Assembly (NCBI GenBank): GCA_964016885.1
Contig: OZ024743.1
Location: 248,372,001 to 248,436,000 of the forward strand
Reading direction: 5' to 3'
Source: Eledone cirrhosa
Lineage: Eukaryota
DNA length: 64,000 nucleotides
Shown here piece by piece: positions 57,728 to 64,000 of this stretch. The notes below the pieces were generated by a model, which saw only the letters and a program-made list of their open reading frames with translations, was not told the origin of the DNA and made no database searches. Within the stretch, counting starts at the first letter, position 1; each line of letters starts with the position of its first letter. The translations under genes were made by a program, and so were the position numbers.

Positions 57728-57813
57728 GTTTCTTAAAAACAGCAAAATCCCATATAAAGACATGTTATTCTTTGATGATGAAGAGCGAAATATAAAAGCT
57801 GTTGGTGGAATTG
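57728..57813 (+). CDS. MDP1: MDP1 exon 5
   Basis: FLKNSKIPYKDMLFFDDEERNIKAVGGI (motif IV FFDDE). AG/GT in phase. Confidence 0.95.
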
Positions 57814-57849
57814 GTAAGAATACAAATAAAATTTACTGTTTCTTTATTA

Positions 57850-60000
57850 TCAGCCAGACATAGGGTAACCTGGTTGTGGAACAGCATGGTGGATAGAGCC
57901 ATTAAAGCCAAGAGAGAGGCATGGAAAGACTGGGAAAATGGAGGTAGCAGAGACCATTACTAGGTAGTAAAGAGAGAAGCTAAACGACAGGTATACATAG
58001 CTTGGAAAGGGGCTGAAGAAAGAAAGTTTGCCAATGTCTTGTGATGTGAGGATCAGAAACATGAAGTGTTCCACATTGCAAGGCAGTGTGTCAGTGTGAA
58101 TCAGGATGTTATTGAGGAAAAGTGTTTACAAAATGACACTGGTACACTTAGCACCATTGATGCTCAAAAGAAAGAGGCTTGGAAATATTACTAAGAGAGA
58201 CTGATGAACGTAGAAAATGAATGGAAGGAAGAGAGACTACCCCTAACTTATCCAACGGAGCGACCAGCTATTGAAATTGACAGTTATGGTGTCAAAGATG
58301 CAATCAAGGTGATGACGAATGGTAAAGCTGCAAGTCCATCAAAGATAGTTGCCAAGATGCTAAAAACATCAGAAGTAGGAGCTAACCTAGTAACCGGCAT
58401 AGTCAATCATGAAATACAGGATGGAGTCATACCTAATGACTGGTACAGCAGTACAATCATAAATTGCTACAAGAGTAAAGGTGATGTTCTAGAAAAGAGC
58501 AACTACAGAGGAATAAAACTAATGGACTAAGTTATGAAAGAGTTCTAGCTCAGCTAATTAGGGAAAAAGTAAAATTAAATCAGACACAGTTTGGTTTTGT
58601 GCCTTGGAAATGTACTACAGATGCTCTGTTCTTAGTGAAACAACTACAAGAGAAGTTCCTAGCCAAGAATAAGCTGCTATATTTACCTTTTGTTGATCTA
58701 AAAAAGGCCTTTGACAGAGTACCTCGATTTTTTATCTGGTGGTCCTTAAAAAAATTAAGTGTAGCAGAATGGCTTGTGAGAGCAGTGCAATCCATGTACA
58801 GAGAAGCTGCCAGTAATGTGAGAACAGGAAGTAAATTTAGTGAGAAATCCAAGGTGCAGGTAGGAGTTCATCAGGGTTTTGTTCTCAGCCCACTGCTGTT
58901 TGTCATAGTTTTCCAGGCCTTAAACAGAGGAGTTTCAAACTGGCTGCTCATGCAGATGATCTAATCCTTAGTGTTGAATCTATAAAAGAACTAGAGAATA
59001 AGTCTGACTATGAAAACAGAATTTGAAATCAAAAGGACTAGGAGTAAACTTAGCCAAAACTAAAGTGCTAGTGAGTAGGAGAGAAGATAGGACCTTGATT
59101 CCTTCAGAGAAATGGCTCTGCTCAATATGTAGAAAGGAAGTAGGCATAAACTCCATATGATGTACACAATGTAAATCCTGGGTACATAAGACGGGTCCAT
59201 ATCACTCCACTGCAAAGTGGTCGTGGAGGTGCCACGGCAAAAAAGCACCCAGCACTCACTGTAAATGAGGTTGGTGTTAGGAAGGGCATCCAGCTGTAGA
59301 AATCAAGCCAGAATCAGTTCCCGTCCTACCCTTGCAAGCAGGGAAAAAGCGGACGTAAAATGAAATGATGATGATGATGATAAGAGATGTTGTGGGATAA
59401 TGGGTAGACTAACAGGAAGAGAAGACTTTGTATGAAGAAGATGCACATGGGTAATCGATGAGAAGAGTGTCAGTAATATAAATATTTTCCAATCACATGG
59501 AGGATCCATAAAGGTGGTTGATAGCTTCCGCTATTTAGGTGACCTAATTAGCTGCAGAGGAGGGAGCTCTGACAGCATAATAGCTAGAATAAGGATAGGA
59601 TGGAAAAAGTTTAGAGAGCTATTCTCAATGTTGACAACAAAAGGTTTCTCCCTATGTAGAAAATGACACCTGTGTGCAAAGTGCAATGCTGCATGGTAGT
59701 GAAACATGGACTGTGACTGTAGAGGACATGCTTAGGCTGGAGAGAAATGAAGCAACCATGCTCTGTTGGATGTGCAATGTAAGTGTGAGTGAAAGGCAGA
59801 GCTTGGACATGTTGAGGGTGAAGCTGGGTGTAAGAGGAATCTGAGGTGGAGTGCAAAAGAGAGTACTGTGTTGGTATTGACACATGATGCGCATGGACAA
59901 TGATCATTGGGAGAAAAAGTGCCTGGAAATGCCAGTGAAAGGAAGCTGCAGTAGAGGACAATCAAGAAAGACCTGGGCAGCGGTTGTGAGAGCTGACCTT
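57850..60000 (+). mobile_element. Degraded RTE-like LINE in MDP1 intron 5 (with nested 3'-tail insertion ~59190-59380)
   Basis: NYRGIKLMD, QFGFVP...TTDALF, FVDLKKAFDRVPR, VGVHQGFVLSPLLF, FRYLG and LHGSETW motifs with stops. Confidence 0.85.
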
Positions 60001-60377
60001 GTTGTTTATTCCAGGTTGATGTGATTTATAACTCCATTGCTCCAGATACATTATGCCTCTGCCCATTACAAAATGCTGTGTAACAGTTTGGGTATGTTAT
60101 GTTTCACATTGCCTGGTTAGTTTCTTTAAGGCTGTTGTTCTTTAGTCCCAGGTCAGCCTTGATTGAGCAGATTTTTCATCAACACTGTTCCAGCCATAAA
60201 CACTTCTCCTTTTCATATATAGTGTATCTAGCACCCCTACTTTTGTAAGATGGTAGGGTGTAATTTGAGGGCAATTTAGCTGCTATTTTTAACAGATCAA
60301 TAAGTTTCAGTGGTAGCCACATCACAGCTGGTCAGATGAAAAGTAATATATATCTATTTTATGTGTTAATTTTGTAG

Positions 60378-60484
60378 GTGTTACAGCAATTTATCTTTCC
60401 AAGCAAAATGGAGTTTCTAAAGAAGTGGTCAAAGAAGGACTAGAAAGGTTTGCTGAAAACAAGAAAAAATCCAGTTCTAGTTAA
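60378..60484 (+). CDS. MDP1: MDP1 terminal exon, copy A (gives a 172-aa protein)
   Basis: GVTAIYLSKQNGVSKEVVKEGLERFAENKKKSSSS*. TTTGTAG acceptor. AATAAA at ~60534. Confidence 0.9.
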
Positions 60485-60849
60485 CAGTTTATTGAAATTT
60501 ACAGCTGTTTCTATTGTTAAACTTCTACATGGGAATAAACCATATCAATAGCTTAATAATATATAATACAGAGTTAGAAAATAAATTGTTGTTCTTTAAT
60601 CTGTTATTTTAAATATGTTATTTTCTTTTATTGTTGAAGTGTTGAACTTTTCTTTCGAAACGAACCTGATGGAATTTTTATGTCTGTTTTCTGGTTTGAA
60701 AGATATATTTATTATGTAAATAATACAGTGTAGTAAACTGTTTGTTTTAGCAATTATCTTTTTGAAAGTAATAAAATATTCTTTCACTTTACTTCTGTAT
60801 CTATGATTTTAATTATGTGCTACACAAACGACTTATGGCAAAACTCTCT

Positions 60850-61900
60850 GCAATGGGTGTGAGAGATGATCTTTATGACTGATTGAAGTTCTTCATTCTC
60901 AGTCGAAGAGAAGTAGTCACATTTCTAGGACACCATTCTTCACCCTATGAGATGACATCTGGTGTACCACAGGGATCTGTTTTTGGTCCTCTTTTGTTTG
61001 TTGTATATATTAATGACATAGATGCCAACTTGAAGAATGACACAGTGCTGAAATATGCAGATGACATTAAACTGTACCTTGTGATAAAAAGGACAGATTT
61101 TGTACACTATAGATAGATCTTTCCTGAAATCAGACCTGGATACAATGCAGCAATGGATCACAGATTGGCTGAAGACAAGTGTACCACAATGCATTTTGGG
61201 AGGAAAAACCCAACTTTCACATACTCCCTCCACAACAGCAATCTCAAGAAGTCTTCTTGTGAACATGACCTGTGCATTATTGCCAACAGCATCTGCATTG
61301 GACAAAGCAAATTTCTAAAATTGTCAAGAAAGCGGAGGGTGTCTTAGCATCACTCAGTGAGACCTTTGTCAGCCGTTCTCCAGCTATCTATTTAATGTTG
61401 TATATAGGTATGGTACGTCCACACTTAGATTTTGCATTTCCATTGTGGAACCCCTATGTTGCTCAGAATATTGATCCCCTGGAAACTGTTCAGAAACATG
61501 CAACCAAATGAATATCCTCCATCAGGCATCTACCATACTCTGAATGCCTTGCTTCCCTGGGCAGCTTTTTGTATTCCATATGGACATGCTTACAAAATCA
61601 GAAAACAGTACAGGTCCCATAACTTTCAGAAACATTTTTTCATGCTCAGAGTTGCTGAAGCATGGCACAAACTACCTGCATCAGTTGTTAGCTGTTGGGA
61701 CACTTCAAAACGTCCATGCTTCCCGAAATTCGCTGACACTACACCTGATATTCCCCTCCATACTTACACTTCATGTGTGTGTGTGAATCATGACTCATAC
61801 ACTGTTCTCTTTCCTGACATTTGTACATTATTCTATGTACTATATATGCACTTTTGGCTACCTTTTCTGATGTAGGGCACTTAAGCACTGTACACAATAA
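60850..61900 (+). mobile_element. Degraded CR1-like LINE 3' part
   Basis: SGVPQGSVFGPLLFVVYINDI...LKYADDIKL; LYIGMVRPHLDFA..WNPY; FFMLRVAEAWHKLP. Confidence 0.8.
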
Positions 61901-63015
61901 TTTTTCATTATTATTTTTAATATTTGAGAATATTTTTGCTTTATTGTAAAAACAATTGTTCTTCTGCATCATCATCACTTTTACATGCTGGGATGGGCTG
62001 GATGAGACATTTTGCAGCAGTATTCTCTGGCTTGATCCCCTTTTTGATACCAACTCATTCTTTGTTTTTAAGTATGGTAAAGTTGTTGGCAGCAGGATGT
62101 CCACCCAGCTTTAGAAACCATGCCAAATAAGGGTTTCATAGGACTCAGTCATGTAAAGGACATATCAATCTCCTTAGTACTGGTGCCCTAATATAAGGCA
62201 TCAATTCACTGTTAAATGATTGACTGTATAAACCATGCTGAAACAATGTATTGAGCCAGAAGGACAGCAGTTATCAGTTGACTTGGTCTGTGAAACCCAT
62301 CAAACCAATTCCAACATGGAAAAGTGGACATAAAATGATGATGACATTCATTGAAATGCTTTGTGGGATGAAGTTTTTATGTGCAATATAAACAAATATC
62401 ACCAGTTGCTTTGAATGGTGTTAATAAGTAACATAGAGATGCACATAAATATATATATATGTGTGGGTGTGTGTGTGTATATATATACATATATATCGAT
62501 ATATCAGTGGCAACTTTAGCTCATCAATTTTATTTGAGCTTAGCACCATTTTACAAAATTTATTAAGTGTACAATTTAGAGTATCATATTCAATACAAAG
62601 AATTTAAGCATCTAAATTTAATCAAACTATAATTGCTCAAGATGTCACACAGTAAGATTGAACCTGGGACTTCACTCATGCCATCTACCTATGTATATAT
62701 CCCCACTAGATTTTGAAACTCAATCTTGCTATGTCTCCCTTGGAAAACCAACCTGATTATTATTTTTTGTTGTTTAGTCCAGGTTGATGTGATTTATACC
62801 TACATTGCTCCAGATATATTATGCCTCTGCCCATTACAAAATGCTGTGTAACAGGCTGGGTATGTTGTGTTTCACACTGCCTGGTTAGTTTCTGTATGGC
62901 TGTTATTCTTTAGTTCCAAGTCGGAGATGACTAAGCAGATTTTTTATCAATGCTGTTCGAGCCATAAGTACTTCTCCTTTTCATGTACAGTCTATTTTAT
63001 GTTTTTATTTTGTAG

Positions 63016-63122
63016 GTGTTACAGCAATTCATGTTTCCAAGAAAAATGGAGTTTCTAAAGAAATGGTCAAAGAAGGATTAAAAAGGTTTGCTGAAAACAA
63101 GAAAAAATCCAGTTCTAGTTAA
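63016..63122 (+). CDS. MDP1: MDP1 terminal exon, duplicated copy B (intact)
   Basis: GVTAIHVSKKNGVSKEMVKEGLKRFAENKKKSSSS*. Same acceptor and phase. Part of the duplication ~60000-60790 / 62770-63600. Confidence 0.7.
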
Positions 63123-64000
63123 CAGTTTATTGAAATATACAGCTGTTTCTATTGTTTAATATCAAACTTCTACACTGATTCCTTTATCTATTTTTAAACA
63201 TGGGAATGAACCACATCAATAACTTAATTGTTGCTCTTTAACCCTTTAGCATTTAAACCAGCCATATCTGGCCAAAATTCCCTCACCTCTTTCTGTTCAA
63301 GCTGGCTCTAACCGGCCACTCATACTGATAATCGTGTGAGATAATTATGTAAGATAAAACCTTTATCATGAAAATATAATAGTAAATATAGAGTAATTTA
63401 AATACTAAACTCTAGAAAGATTATTTCACCTTTTAAAAATCTGTTATTTTCCTTTGTTAGTGTTGAACTTTTCTTTCAAAATGAACCTGATGGAATTTTT
63501 AATGTCTGATTTCTGGTTTGAAACAGATATTTATTATGTAAATAATAGTGTAATAAACTGTTTGTTTTAACAATTATCTTTTTGAAAGTAATAATTCTTT
63601 AACTACACTTTTGTAGCTTATGTATTTGAGAATGTACACATGCATATGTGTATGCATATATGCACTTACATAGCAAAGAAAGCTGTGATATAAGTGGTGT
63701 GTAGAGTGGTTGTGGAAAGAGGTGTATGCATGGATGATGCAACAGTGTATAATGTGTTTATATGCAGAGAAGGCTAAATCTTATGTGTTGTGGGATGTGA
63801 GTGTTTTGTGTCTGGGTCTTAAAAATCACGGTCTTGGCTGCAGAGCTGATGGAGACGAAAGAATTGGGAGTAAGGTATGGGTTGCTTGGGATGAGTGGAG
63901 TAAGACTAGGTGAAATTGAGATAGGAGTGGAAGTGAGTGGATTTAAAGAAGATGGAGGTTGAGAGGGTGCAGTGATGATGGTTGATAGAGAGATTTGGAA

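Overview
Eukaryotic, repeat-rich window, very probably from an octopus. This is inferred from OK-type SINEs, huge (TA)n arrays and RTE LINEs. It holds two host genes: a polyQ C2H2 zinc-finger gene with a ZFP91/ZNF653-like last finger (2-1714), and a 6-exon MDP1 phosphatase gene (44127-60484) whose terminal exon is duplicated and intact at 63016-63122. It also holds many mobile elements: a Penelope-like GIY-YIG element, a deleted Ty3/Gypsy element with both LTRs, CRE-like RLE retroelements, a mariner, hAT and other MITEs, RTE/CR1 LINEs and SINEs. The most striking feature is that the (TA)n-rich first 28 kb hosts at least five unrelated non-coding repeat families. Each carries a minimal type I hammerhead ribozyme (CUGANGA...GAAA, palindromic stem III). 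They include a 310-bp tandem retrozyme-like array with six ribozyme copies and two hammerheads with ~100-nt stem II insertions, and they lie next to a Penelope-like element that could mobilise them. All structures were folded by eye. No database search or folding program was run. The many IY-repeat ORFs are microsatellite artefacts.
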